Positions 42,934 to 57,109 of a DNA stretch of 64,000 nt are shown here, piece after piece (the first letter of the stretch is position 1; each line of letters starts with the position of its first letter). The notes below the pieces were generated by a model, which was given only the letters and a program-made list of their open reading frames with translations, ran no database searches and was not told the origin of the DNA. This DNA comes from the human T2T-CHM13v2.0 reference genome, Homo sapiens, in assembly GCF_009914755.1 (NCBI RefSeq), contig NC_060948.1, one strand, 5' to 3'. The translations under genes were made by a program, and so were the position numbers.

Positions 42934-45900
42934 AAGGGATTGGAATGGACTCGAATGGAATGGACTGCAATAGATAGGATTCGAATGGAATGAAAAAGAA
43001 TTGAATGGAATAGAACAGAATGGAATCAAATCGAATGAAATGGAATGGAATAGAAAGGAATGGAATGAAATGGAATGGAAAGGATTCGAATGGAATGCAA
43101 TCGAATGGAATGGAATCGAACGGAATGGAATAAAATGGAAGAGAACTGGCAAGAAATGGAATCGAAATGAATGGAGTGTTATGGAACGGACTCAAAAGGA
43201 ATTGAATGTAATAGAATGGAGTGGAGTGGACTCGAATATAATGGACTGGAATGGAATGAAATCACATGGAATGGGAACGAATGGAATGGAATGGAAAGGA
43301 ATGGAATCGAATGGAAAGGAATCGAATGGAAGGGAATGAAATTGAATCAACAGGAATGGAAGGGAATAGAATAGACGGTAATGGAATGGACTCGAATAGA
43401 ATGGACACGAATGCTCAAATTGAATGGACTCGAATGGAATGGAAACGAAAGGAATGTCATCGAATGGAATTGAATCGATTGGAATGAAATCGCATAGAAT
43501 GGAGTGGAATCAAATGGAATTGAATCGAAAGGAAAGGAAGCGAATGGACTGAAATGAAATGGAATGGAATTGAATGGAAAGTAATGCAATGGAATAGAAT
43601 GGAACGAAATTTCACGGAATGGAATCAAACTGAATGGAATCAAATCAATGGAATCTAATCAAATGGAATGGAAAGGAATTGAATGGAGTAGATTGGATTG
43701 GATGGGATTGGAATGAAATGTACTGGAAAGGACTCGAATTTCATGAAACGGAATGGAATGAATTGGAACGGAATGGACTCGAATGGAATGGAATGTCATC
43801 GAATGGCATCAAATGGAATGGCATCAAATGGAATGGAATCGAATGCAATGGAATGCTATGGAATGGAATGGAATGCATTGGAATGGAATGTCCTCTAATG
43901 GAATGGATTCGAGTGGAATGGAATCGAATATAATGGAGTCGAATGAAATGGAATTGAAAGGAATGGGATCGAATACAATGGAATATACTGGAATGTAATG
44001 TAATGAACTCGAATGTAATTGACTGGAATGGAATGTACATGAATGGAATGTAATCGAATGGAAAGTAATCCAATGGAATAGAATCTAATGCAATAAAATC
44101 GACTCAGATAGAGTAGAATGTAATGGAATGGAGTGCAGTGCAATGGAATGGAATGGAATGGAATGCAATGGAATGGAATGGAATGGAATGGAATGGGATG
44201 GAATGGTATGGAATGGACAGTAATGGACTGGAGTGAAATGGACTGGAAAGGAATGGACTCAAATTGAAAGGGCTCGAAAGGAATGGAGACAAATGGAATG
44301 GTCTGGAATGGAATGAACACGAATGTAATGCAATCCAATAGAATGGAGTCGAATGGCATGGAATATAAAGAAATGGAATCGAAGAGAATGGAAACAAATG
44401 GAATGGAATTGAATGGAATGGAATTGAATGGAATGGGAACGAATGGAGTGAAATTGTATGCAGTAGAAGAGAATAGAATGGAATGCAAGCGAAAGGAAAG
44501 GAATGGATTGGAATGGAATGGAATTCATTGGAATGGAAGGGAATGTAGTGTAATGGACAGGCCTGGAATAAAGTGGAATGCTACGGTCTCGAATGGTATA
44601 AAAATGTATGGAATGGAATGCAATGAAACGGAATTGAATGTCATAGAATGTAATGGAATGCAAAAAAATGGAATCCAAAATCATTGACTGGAAAGGCTGG
44701 GTGTCGAAAGGAATTGACTCCAATGGAATGGAATCGAATGGAATGGAAGTGAATAGAATCGAACTAAATCGAATGGAATGGAATTGATAGGAACGGAATG
44801 GAAAGGAATGCAATGATTTGGCATGGAATGCAATCGAATGGCATCGAATGGAATGGAATGGAATGCAATGGAATGGAATGTATTAGAATGTAATGAACTT
44901 TAATGGAATGTACTCGAATGGATTCGACTGGAATGGAATGTTCTGGAAGTGAATGGACTCCAATGGAATGGATTCCAAAGGAATGGAATCGTACGGAATG
45001 GAGTCTAATGGAATGGAATTAAATGGAAATGAATCAAATTGAATAGCACGGAATTGAATTGAATGGAATGGAATGCAATGGAATCTAATGAAACGGAAAG
45101 GAAAGGAATGGAATGGAATGGAATGGGCTGGAATGGAAAGGAATCGAAACGAATGGAATGGAATCGAAATGAAGAGACTGGAATGGAATGCACTGGAATG
45201 GAAGGGAGTGTAATGGAAGGTTCTCGAAAAAAATGGAATCGAATGGAATGGAATTGAATGGAACGGAATAGAGTCGAATGGAATTGAATGGAATGGAATG
45301 GACTAGAGTGAAATGGAATCGAACCACAAGGAATGGACAGGAATAGAATGGTCTCGAATTGAATGGAATCGTATGGAATGGCATCAAACGGAATGGAATG
45401 GACAGCCACGGAATGGAATGCACTCGAATGCAATGGAGTCGAAACTAATGGACTGGAATAGAATGGACTCGACTGGTACGGACTCCAATGGAATGGAATC
45501 GAATGGAAGGGAATCGAACGGAATGGACTCGAAGGGAAAAGACTGCAATGGAAAGGTCTCGAATGGAATGGAAATTAATTGAATGGAATGGAATCGAATG
45601 AAATGGAGTCAAAAGGAATGGAATCGAATGGCAAGAAATCGAATGTAATGGAATCGCAAGGAATTGATGTGAACGGAACGGAATGGAATGGAATCCAAAG
45701 GAATGGAATAGAATGGAATGGAATCGAATGGAAAGGACTCGAATGGAAATCACTCGAATAGAATGCAATTTAATAAAATAGGATCAAATGTAATGGAATG
45801 GAATGGAAAGGAATTGAAACGAAAGGAATGGAGACAGATGGAATGGAATGGAACAGAGAGCAATGGTATAGAATGGAATGGAATCATCTGGAATGGAATT

Positions 45901-46472
45901 GAATGGAATGGAATAATATGAAATGGAATGGAATGGAATGGAATGGAATGCCCTTGAATTAAATGGACCGGACTCGAACAGAGTGGAATGGAAAGTGTTG
46001 AGATAGAATGGAATGGACTCCTTTGGAATGGTGTAGTATGCAATGCAATCGACTGGCAGGGAATCAAAAGGAATGTAATGGAATGGATTGGACTGGAATG
46101 CAATGGACTCGAATAGATTGGAAACGGAATGCAAAGGAATAGAATGGAATAGTATGGAATGGAATGGAAAGGAATGGAGTGGAATAGACTAGAGTGGAAT
46201 GGAATGGACTGGAAAGCAATGGACTGGAATGGAACTTTCTTGAATGGACTGGAATCAAACGGAATGGAATGCAATGCAATCAAACGGCATGGAATAAAAT
46301 AGAATGAAAGAGAATCAAATGGAATTGAATCGAATGGAATCGAATGGGTTGGAAAGGAATAGAATGGAATGGAATGGAATTGACTCAAATGGAATGGACT
46401 AGAATGGAATGGATTCGAATGGAAGGCAAAGGAATGGAATCTTTTGGAATGGACTGTAATGGAATGGAATGG
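42934..46472 (+). repeat. Macro-unit U13 (3539 bp)
   Basis: Landmark spacing. Confidence 0.93.
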
Positions 46473-49400
46473 AAGGGATTGGAATGGACTCGAATGGAAT
46501 GGACTGCAATAGATAGGATTCGAATGGAATGAAAAAGAATTGAATGGAATAGAACAGAATGGAATCAAATCGAATGAAATGGAATGGAATAGAAAGGAAT
46601 GGAATGAAATGGAATGGAAAGGATTCGAATGGAATGCAATCGAATGGAATGGAATCGAACGGAATGGAATAAAATGGAAGAGAACTGGCAAGAAATGGAA
46701 TCGAAATGAATGGAGTGTTATGGAACGGACTCAAAAGGAATTGAATGTAATAGAATGGAGTGGAGTGGACTCGAATATAATGGACTGGAATGGAATGAAA
46801 TCACATGGAATGGGAACGAATGGAATGGAATGGAAAGGAATGGAATCGAATGGAAAGGAATCGAATGGAAGGGAATGAAATTGAATCAACAGGAATGGAA
46901 GGGAATAGAATAGACGGTAATGGAATGGACTCGAATAGAATGGACACGAATGCTCAAATTGAATGGACTCGAATGGAATGGAAACGAAAGGAATGTCATC
47001 GAATGGAATTGAATCGATTGGAATGAAATGGCATAGAATGGAGTGGAATCAAATGGAATTGAATCGAAAGGAAAGGAAGCGAATGGACTGAAATGAAATG
47101 GAATGGAATTGAATGGAAAGTAATGCAATGGAATAGAATGGAACGAAATTTCACGGAATGGAATCAAACTGAATGGAATCAAATCAATGGAATCTAATCA
47201 AATGGAATGGAAAGGAATTGAATGGAATAGATTGGATTGGATGGGATTGGAATGAAATGTACTGGAAAGGACTCGAATTTCATGAAACGGAATGGAATGA
47301 ATTGGAACGGAATGGACTCGAATGGAATGGAATGTCATCGAATGGCATCAAATGGAATGGCATCAAATGGAATGGAATCGAATGCAATGGAATGCTATGG
47401 AATGGAATGGAATGCATTGGAATGGAATGTCCTCTAATGGAATGGATTCGAGTGGAATGGAATCGAATATAATGGAGTCGAATGAAATGGAATTGAAAGG
47501 AATGGGATCGAATACAATGGAATATACTGGAATGTAATGTAATGAACTCGAATGTAATTGACTGGAATGGAATGTACATGAATGGAATGTAATCGAATGG
47601 AAAGTAATCCAATGGAATAGAATCTAATGCAATAAAATCGACTCAGATAGAGTAGAATGTAATGGAATGGAGTGCAGTGCAATGGAATGGAATGGAATGG
47701 AATGCAATGGAATGGAATGGAATGGAATGGAATGGGATGGAATGGTATGGAATGGACAGTAATGGACTGGAGTGAAATGGACTGGAAAGGAATGGACTCA
47801 AATTGAAAGGGCTCGAAAGGAATGGAGACAAATGGAATGGTCTGGAATGGAATGAACACGAATGTAATGCAATCCAATAGAATGGAGTCGAATGGCATGG
47901 AATATAAAGAAATGGAATCGAAGAGAATGGAAACAAATGGAATGGAATTGAATGGAATGGAATTGAATGGAATGGGAACGAATGGAGTGAAATTGTATGC
48001 AGTAGAAGAGAATAGAATGGAATGCAAGCGAAAGGAAAGGAATGGATTGGAATGGAATGGAATTCATTGGAATGGAAGGGAATGTAGTGTAATGGACAGG
48101 CCTGGAATAAAGTGGAATGCTACGGTCTCGAATGGTATAAAAATGTATGGAATGGAATGCAATGAAACGGAATCGAATGTCATAGAATGTAATGGAATGC
48201 AAAAAAATGGAATCCAAAATCATTGACTGGAAAGGCTGGGTGTCGAAAGGAATTGACTCCAATGGAATGGAATCGAATGGAATGGAAGTGAATAGAATCG
48301 AACTAAATCGAATGGAATGGAATTGATAGGAACGGAATGGAAAGGAATGCAATGATTTGGCATGGAATGCAATCGAATGGCATCGAATGGAATGGAATGG
48401 AATGCAATGGAATGGAATGTATTAGAATGTAATGAACTTTAATGGAATGTACTCGAATGGATTCGACTGGAATGGAATGTTCTGGAAGTGAATGGACTCC
48501 AATGGAATGGATTCCAAAGGAATGGAATCGTACGGAATGGAGTCTAATGGAATGGAATTAAATGGAAATGAATCAAATTGAATAGCACGGAATTGAATTG
48601 AATGGAATGGAATGCAATGGAATCTAATGAAACGGAAAGGAAAGGAATGGAATGGAATGGAATGGGCTGGAATGGAAAGGAATCGAAACGAATGGAATGG
48701 AATCGAAATGAAGAGACTGGAATGGAATGCACTGGAATGGAAGGGAGTGTAATGGAAGGTTCTCGAAAAAAATGGAATCGAATGGAATGGAATTGAATGG
48801 AACGGAATAGAGTCGAATGGAATTGAATGGAATGGAATGGACTAGAGTGAAATGGAATCGAACCACAAGGAATGGACAGGAATAGAATGGTCTCGAATTG
48901 AATGGAATCGTATGGAATGGCATCAAACGGAATGGAATGGACAGCCACGGAATGGAATGCACTCGAATGCAATGGAGTCGAAACTAATGGACTGGAATAG
49001 AATGGACTCGACTGGTACGGACTCCAATGGAATGGAATCGAATGGAAGGGAATCGAACGGAATGGACTCGAAGGGAAAAGACTGCAATGGAAAGGTCTCC
49101 AATGGAATGGAAATTAATGGAATGGAATGGAATCGAATGAAATGGAGTCAAAAGGAATGGAATCGAATGGCAAGAAATCGAATGTAATGGAATCGCAAGG
49201 AATGGATGTGAACGGAACGGAATGGAATGGAATCCAAAGGAATGGAATAGAATGGAATGGAATCGAATGGAAAGGACTCGAATGGAAATCACTCGAATAG
49301 AATGCAATTTAATAAAATAGGATCAAATGTAATGGAATGGAATGGAAAGGAATCGAAACGAAAGGAATGGAGACAGATGGAATGGAATGGAACAGAGAGC

Positions 49401-50011
49401 AATGGTATAGAATGGAATGGAATCATCTGGAATGGAATTGAATGGAATGGAATAATATGAAATGGAATGGAATGGAATGGAATGGAATGCCCTTGAATTA
49501 AATGGACCGGACTCGAACAGAGTGGAATGGAAAGTGTTGAGATAGAATGGAATGGACTCCTTTGGAATGGTGTAGTATGCAATGCAATCGACTGGCAGGG
49601 AATCAAAAGGAATGTAATGGAATGGATTGGACTGGAATGCAATGGACTCGAATAGATTGGAAACGGAATGCAAAGGAATAGAATGGAATAGTATGGAATG
49701 GAATGGAAAGGAATGGAGTGGAATAGACTAGAGTGGAATGGAATGGACTGGAAAGCAATGGACTGGAATGGAACTTTCTTGAATGGACTGGAATCAAACG
49801 GAATGGAATGCAATGCAATCAAATGGCATGGAATAAAAGAGAATGAAAGAGAATCAAATGGAATTGAATCGAATGGAATCGAATGGATTGGAAAGGAATA
49901 GAATGGAATGGAATGGAATTGACTCAAATGGAATGGACTAGAATGGAATGGATTCGAATGGAAGGCAAAGGAATGGAATCTATTGGAATGGACTGTAATG
50001 GAATGGAATGG
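46473..50011 (+). repeat. Macro-unit U14 (3539 bp), near copy of U13
   Basis: Landmark spacing; shares GAAGAGAACTGG, GGAGTCTAAT and CGAAATGAAGAG with U13. Confidence 0.93.
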
Positions 50012-53000
50012 AAGGGATTGGAATGGACTCGAATGGAATGGACTGCAATAGAAAGGACTCGAATGGAATGAAAAAGAATTGAATGGAATAGAACAGAACG
50101 GAATCAAATCGAATGAAATGGAATGGAATAGAAAGGAATGGAATGAAATGGAATGGAAAGGATTCGAATGGAATGCAATCGAATGGAATGGAATCGAACG
50201 GAATGGAATAAAATGGAAGAAAACTGGCAAGAAATGGAATCGAAAGGAATGGAGTGTTATGGAACGGACTCAAAAGGAATTGAATGTAATAGAATGGAGT
50301 GGAGTGGACTCGAATATAATGGACTGGAATGGAATGAAATCACATGGAATGGGAACGAATGGAATGGAATGGAAAGGAATGGAATCGAATGGAAAGGAAT
50401 CGAATGGAAGGGAATGAAATTGAATCAACAGGAATGGAAGGGAATAGAATAGACGGTAATGGAATGGACTCGAATAGAATGGACACGAATGCTCAAATTG
50501 AATGGACTCGAATGGAATGGAAACGAAAGGAATGTCATCGAATGGAATTGAATCGATTGGAATGAAATGGCATAGAATGGAGTGGAATCAAATGGAATTG
50601 AATCGAAAGGAAAGGAAGCGAATGGACTGAAATGAAATGGAATGGAATTGAATGGAAAGTAATGCAATGGAATAGAATGGAACGAAATTTCACGGAATGG
50701 AATCAAACTGAATGGAATCAAATCAATGGAATCTAATCAAATGGAATGGAAAGGAATTGAATGGAATAGATTGGATTGGATGGGATTGGAATGAAATGTA
50801 CTGGAAAGGACTCGAATTTCATGAAACGGAATGGAATGAATTGGAACGGAGTGGACTCGAATGGAATGGAATGTCATGGAATGGCATCAAATGGAATGGC
50901 ATCAAATGGAATGGAATCGAATGCAATGGAATGCTATGGAATGGAATGGAATGCATTGGAATGGAATGTCCTCTAATGGAATGGATTCGAGTGGAATGGA
51001 ATCGAATATAATGGAGTCGAATGAAATGGAATTGAAAGGAATGGGATCGAATACAATGGAATATACTGGAATGTAATGTAATGAACTCGAATGTAATTGA
51101 CTGGAATGGAATGTACATGAATGGAATGTAATCGAATGGAAAGTAATCCAATGGAATAGAATCTAATGCAATAAAATCGACTCAGATAGAGTAGAATGTA
51201 ATGGAATGGAGTGCAGTGCAATGCAATTGAATGGAATGGAATGCAATGGAATGGAATGGAATGGAATGGAATGGAATGGAATGGAATGGAATGGGATGGA
51301 ATGGTATGGAATGGATAGTAATGGACTGGAGTGAAATGGACTGGAAAGGAATGGACTCAAATTGAAAGGGCTCGAAAGGAATGGAGTCAAATGGAATGGT
51401 CTGGAATGGAATGAACACGAATGTAATGCAATCCAATAGAATGGAATCGAATGGCATGGAATATAAAGAAATGGAATCGAAGAGAATGGAAACAAATGGA
51501 ATGGAATTTAATGGAATGGGAACGAATGGAGTGAAATTGTATGCAGTAGAAGAGAATAGAATGGAATGCAAGCGAAAGGAAAGGAATGGATTGGAATGGA
51601 ATGGAATTCATTGGAATGGAAGGGAATGTAGTGTAATGGACAGGCCTGGAATAAAGTGGAATGCTACGGTCTCGAATGGAATAAAAATGTATGGAATGGA
51701 ATGCAATGAAACGGAATCGAATGTCATAGAATGTAATGGAATGCAAAAAAATGGAATCCAAAATCATTGACTGGAAAGGCTGGGTGTCGAAAGGAATTGA
51801 CTCCAATGGAATGGAATCGAATGGAATGGAAGTGAATAGAATCGAACTAAATCGAATGGAATGGAATTGATAGGAACGGAATGGAAAGGAATGCAATGAT
51901 TTGGCATGGAATGGAATCGAATGGCATCGAATGGAATGGAATGGAATGCAATGGAATGGAATGTATTAGAATGTAATGAACTTTAATGGAATGTACTCGA
52001 ATGGATTCGACTGGAATGGAATGTTCTGGAAGTGAATGGACTCCAATGGAATGGATTCAAAAGGAATGGAATCGTACGGAATGGAATCTAATGGAATGGA
52101 ATTAAATGGAAATGAATCAAATTGAATAGCACGGAATTGAATTGAATGGAATGGAATGCAATGGAATCTAATGAAATGGAAAGGAAAGGAATGGAATGGA
52201 ATGGAATGGGCTGGAATGGAAAGGAATCGAAACGAATAGAATGGAATCGAAGTGAAGAGACTGGAATGGAATGCACTGGAATGGAAGGGAGTGTAATGGA
52301 AGGTTCTCGAAAAAAATGGAATCGAATGGAATGGAATTGAATGGAACGGAATAGAGTCGAATGGAATTGAATGGAATGGAATGGACTAGAGTGAAATGGA
52401 ATCGAACCACAAGGAATGGACAGGAATAGAATGGTCTCGAATTGAATGGAATCGTATGGAATGGCATCAAACGGAATGGAATGGACAGCCACGGAATGGA
52501 ATGCACTCGAATGCAATGGAGTCGAAACTAATGGACTGGAATAGAATGGACTCGACTGGTACGGACTCCAATGGAATGGAATCGAATGGAAGGGAATCGA
52601 ACGGAATGGACTCGAAGGGAAAAGACTGCAATGGAAAGGTCTCAAATGGAATGGAAATTAATGGAATGGAATGGAATCGAATGAAATGGAGTCAAAAGGA
52701 ATGGAATCGAATGGCAAGAAATCGAATGTAATGGAATCGCAAGGAATTGATGTGAACAGAACGGAATGGAATGGAATCCAAAGGAATGGAATAGAATGGA
52801 ATGGAATCGAATGGAAAGGACTCGAATGGAAATCACTCGAATAGAATGCAATTTAATAAAATAGGATCAAATGTAATGGAATGGAATGGAAAGGAATCGA
52901 AACGAAAGGAATGGAGACAGATGGAATGGAATGGAACAGAGAGCAATGGTATAGAATGGAATGGAATCATCTGGAATGGAATTGAATGGAATGGAATAAT

Positions 53001-53570
53001 ATGAAATGGAATGGAATGGAATGGAATGGAATGGAATGCCCTTGAATTAAATGGACTGGAATGGAATGGACTCGAACAGAGTGGAATGGAAAGTTTTGAG
53101 ATAGAATGGAATGGACTCCTTTGGAATGGTGTAGTATGCAATGCAATCGACTGGCAGGGAATCAAAAGGAATGTAATCGAATGGATTGGACTGGAATGCA
53201 ATGGACTCGAATAGATTGGAAACGGAATGCAAAGGAATGGAATGGAATAGTATGGAATGGAATGGAAAGGAATGGAGTGGAATAGACTAGAGTGGAATGG
53301 AATGGACTGGAAAGCAATGGACTGGAATGGAACTTTCTTGAATGGACTGGAATCAAACGGAATGGAATGCAATGCAATCAAACGGCATGGAATAAAATAG
53401 AATGAAAGAGAATCAAATGGAATTGAATCGAATGGAATCGAATGGGTTGGAAAGGAATAGAATGGAATGGAATGGAATTGACTCAAATGGAATGGACTAG
53501 AATGGAATGGATTCGAATGGAAGGCAAAGGAATGGAATCTTTTGGAATGGACTGTAATGGAATGGAATGG
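50012..53570 (+). repeat. Macro-unit U15 (3559 bp), 15-bp deletion near 51505
   Basis: Landmark spacing; the ORF at 51381 is 129 aa versus 134 aa in most other units. Confidence 0.93.
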
Positions 53571-56500
53571 AAGGGATTGGAATGGACTCGAATGGAATGG
53601 ACTGCAATAGATAGGATTCGAATGGAATGAAAAAGAATTGAATGGAATAGAACAGAATGGAATCAAATCGAATGAAATGGAATGGAATAGAAAGGAATGG
53701 AATGAAATGGAATGGAAAGGAGTCGAATGGAATGCAATCGAATGGAATGGAATCGAACGGAATGGAATAAAATGGAAGAAAACTGGCAAGAAATGGAATC
53801 GAAATGAATGGAGTGTTATGGAACGGACTCAAAAGGAATTGAATGTAACAGAATGGAGTGGAGTGGACTCGAATATAATGGACTGGAATGGAATGAAATC
53901 ACATGGAATGGGAACGAATGGAATGGAATGGAAAGGAATGGAATCGAATGGAAAGGAATCGAATGGAAGGGAATGAAATTGAATCAACAGGAATGGAAGG
54001 GAATAGAATAGACGGTAATGGAATGGACTCGAATAGAATGGACACGAATGCTCAAATTGAATGGACTCGAATGGAATGGAAACGAAAGGAATGTCATCGA
54101 ATGGAATTGAATCGATTGGAATGAAATCGCATAGAATGGAGTGGAATCAAATGGAATTGAATCGAAAGGAAAGGAAGCGAATGGACTGAAATGAAATGGA
54201 ATGGAATTGAATGGAAAGTAATGCAATGGAATAGAATGGAACGAAATTTCACGGAATGGAATCAAACTGAATGGAATCAAATCAATGGAATCTAATCAAA
54301 TGGAATGGAAAGGAATTGAATGGAGTAGATTGGATTGGATGGGATTGGAATGAAATGTACTGGAAAGGACTCGAATTTCATGAAACGGAATGGAATGAAT
54401 TGGAACGGAATGGACTCGAATGGAATGGAATGTCATCGAATGGCATCAAATGGAATGGCATCAAATGGAATGGAATCGAATGCAATGGAATGCTATGGAA
54501 TGGAATGGAATGCATTGGAATGGAATGTCCTCTAATGGAATGGATTCGAGTGGAATGGAATCGAATATAATGGAGTCGAATGAAATGGAATTGAAAAGAA
54601 TGGGATCGAACACAATGGAATATACTGGAATGTAATGTAATGAACTCGAATGTAATTGACTGGAATGGAATGTACATGAATGGAATGTAATCGAATGAAA
54701 AGTAATCCAATGGAATAGAATGTAATGCAATAAAATCGACTCAGATAGAGTAGAATGTAATGGAATGGAGTTCAGTGCAATGGAATGGAATGGAATGGAA
54801 TGCAATGGAATGGAATGGAATGGAATGGAATGGGATGGAATGGTATGGAATGGATAGTAATGGACTGGAGTGAAATGGACTGGAATGGAATGGACTCAAA
54901 TTGAAAGGGCTCGAAAGGAATGGAGACAAATGGAATGGTCTGGAATGGAATGAACACGAATGTAATGCAATCCAATAGAATGGAGTCGAATGGCATGGAA
55001 TATAAAGAAATGGAATCGAAGAGAATGGAAACAAATGGAATGGAATTGAATGGAATGGAATTGAATGGAATGGGAACGAATGGAGTGAAATTGTATGCAG
55101 TAGAAGAGAATAGAATGGAATGCAAGCGAAAGGAAAGGAATGGATTGGAATGGAATGGAATTCATTGGAATGGAAGGGAATGTAGTGTAATGGACAGGCC
55201 TGGAATAAAGTGGAATGCTACGGTCTCGAATGGTATAAAAATGTATGGAATGGAATGCAATGAAACGGAATCGAATGTCATAGAATGTAATGGAATGCAA
55301 AAAAATGGAATCCAAAATCATTGACTGGAAAGGCTGGGTGTCGAAAGGAATTGACTCCAATGGAATGGAATCGAATGGAATGGAAGTGAATAGAATCGAA
55401 CTAAATCGAATGGAATGGAATTGATAGGAACGGAATGGAAAGGAATGCAATGATTTGGCATGGAATGCAATCGAATGGCATCGAATGGAATGGAATGGAA
55501 TGCAATGGAATGGAATGTATTAGAATGTAATGAACTTTAATGGAATGTACTCGAATGGATTCGACTGGAATGGAATGTTCTGGAAGTGAATGGACTCCAA
55601 TGGAATGGATTCCAAAGGAATGGAATCGTACGGAATGGAATCTAATGGAATGGAATTAAATGGAAATGAATCAAATTGAATAGCACGGAATTGAATTGAA
55701 TGGAATGGAATGCAATGGAATCTAATGAAACGGAAAGGAAAGGAATGGAATGGAATGGAATGGGCTGGAATGGAAAGGAATCGAAACGAATGGAATGGAA
55801 TCGAACTGAAGAGACTGGAATGGAATGCACTGGAATGGAAGGGGGTGTAATGGAAGGTTCTCGAAAAAAATGGAATCGAATGGAATGGAATTGAATGGAA
55901 CGGAATAGAGTCGAATGGAATTGAATGGAATGGAATGGACTAGAGTGAAATGGAATCGAACCACAAGGAATGGACAGGAATAGTATGGTCTCGAATTGAA
56001 TGGAATCGTATGGAATGGCATCAAACGGAATGGAATGGACAGCCACGGAATGGAATGCACTCGAATGCAATGGAGTCGAAACTAATGGACTGGAATAGAA
56101 TGGACTCGACTGGTACGGACTCCAATGGAATGGAATCGAATGGAAGGGAATCGAACGGAATGGACTCGAAGGGAAAAGACTGCAATGGAAAGGTCTCGAA
56201 TGGAATGGAAATTAATTGAATGGAATGGAATCGAATGAAATGGAGTCAAAAGGAATGGAATCGAATGGCAAGAAATCGAATGTAATGGAATCGCAAGGAA
56301 TTGATGTGAACGGAACGGAATGGAATGGAATCCAAAGGAATGGAATAGAATGGAATGGAATCGAATGGAAAGGACTCGAATGGAAATCACTCGAATAGAA
56401 TGCAATTTAATAAAATAGGATCAAATGTAATGGAATGGAATGGAAAGGAATCGAAACGAAAGGAATGGAGACAGATGGAATGGAATGGAACAGAGAGCAA

Positions 56501-57109
56501 TGGTATAGAATGGAATGGAATCATCTGGAATGGAATTGAATGGAATGGAATAATATGAAATGGAATGGAATGGAATGGAATGGAATGCCCTTGAATTAAA
56601 TGGACCGGACTCGAACAGAGTGGAATGGAAAGTGTTGAGATAGAATGGAATGGACTCCTTTGGAATGGTGTAGTATGCAATGCAATCGACTGGCAGGGAA
56701 TCAAAAGGAATGTAATGGAATGGATTGGACTGGAATGCAATGGACTCGAATAGATTGGAAACGGAATGCAAAGGAATAGAATGGAATAATATGGAATGGA
56801 ATGGAAAGGAATGGAGTGGAATAGACTAGAGTGGAATGGAATGGACTGGAAAGCAATGGACTGGAATGGAACTTTCTTGAATGGACTGGAATCAAACGGA
56901 ATGGAATGCAATGCAATCAAATGGCATGGAATAAAATAGAATGAAAGAGAATCAAATGGAATTGAATTGAATGGAATCGAATGGATTGGAAAGGAATAGA
57001 ATGGAATGGAATGGAATTGACTCAAATGGAATGGACTAGAATGGAATGGATTCGAATGGAAGGCAAAGGAATGGAATCTATTGGAATGGACTGTAATGGA
57101 ATGGAATGG
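53571..57109 (+). repeat. Macro-unit U16 (3539 bp)
   Basis: Landmark spacing. Confidence 0.93.
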
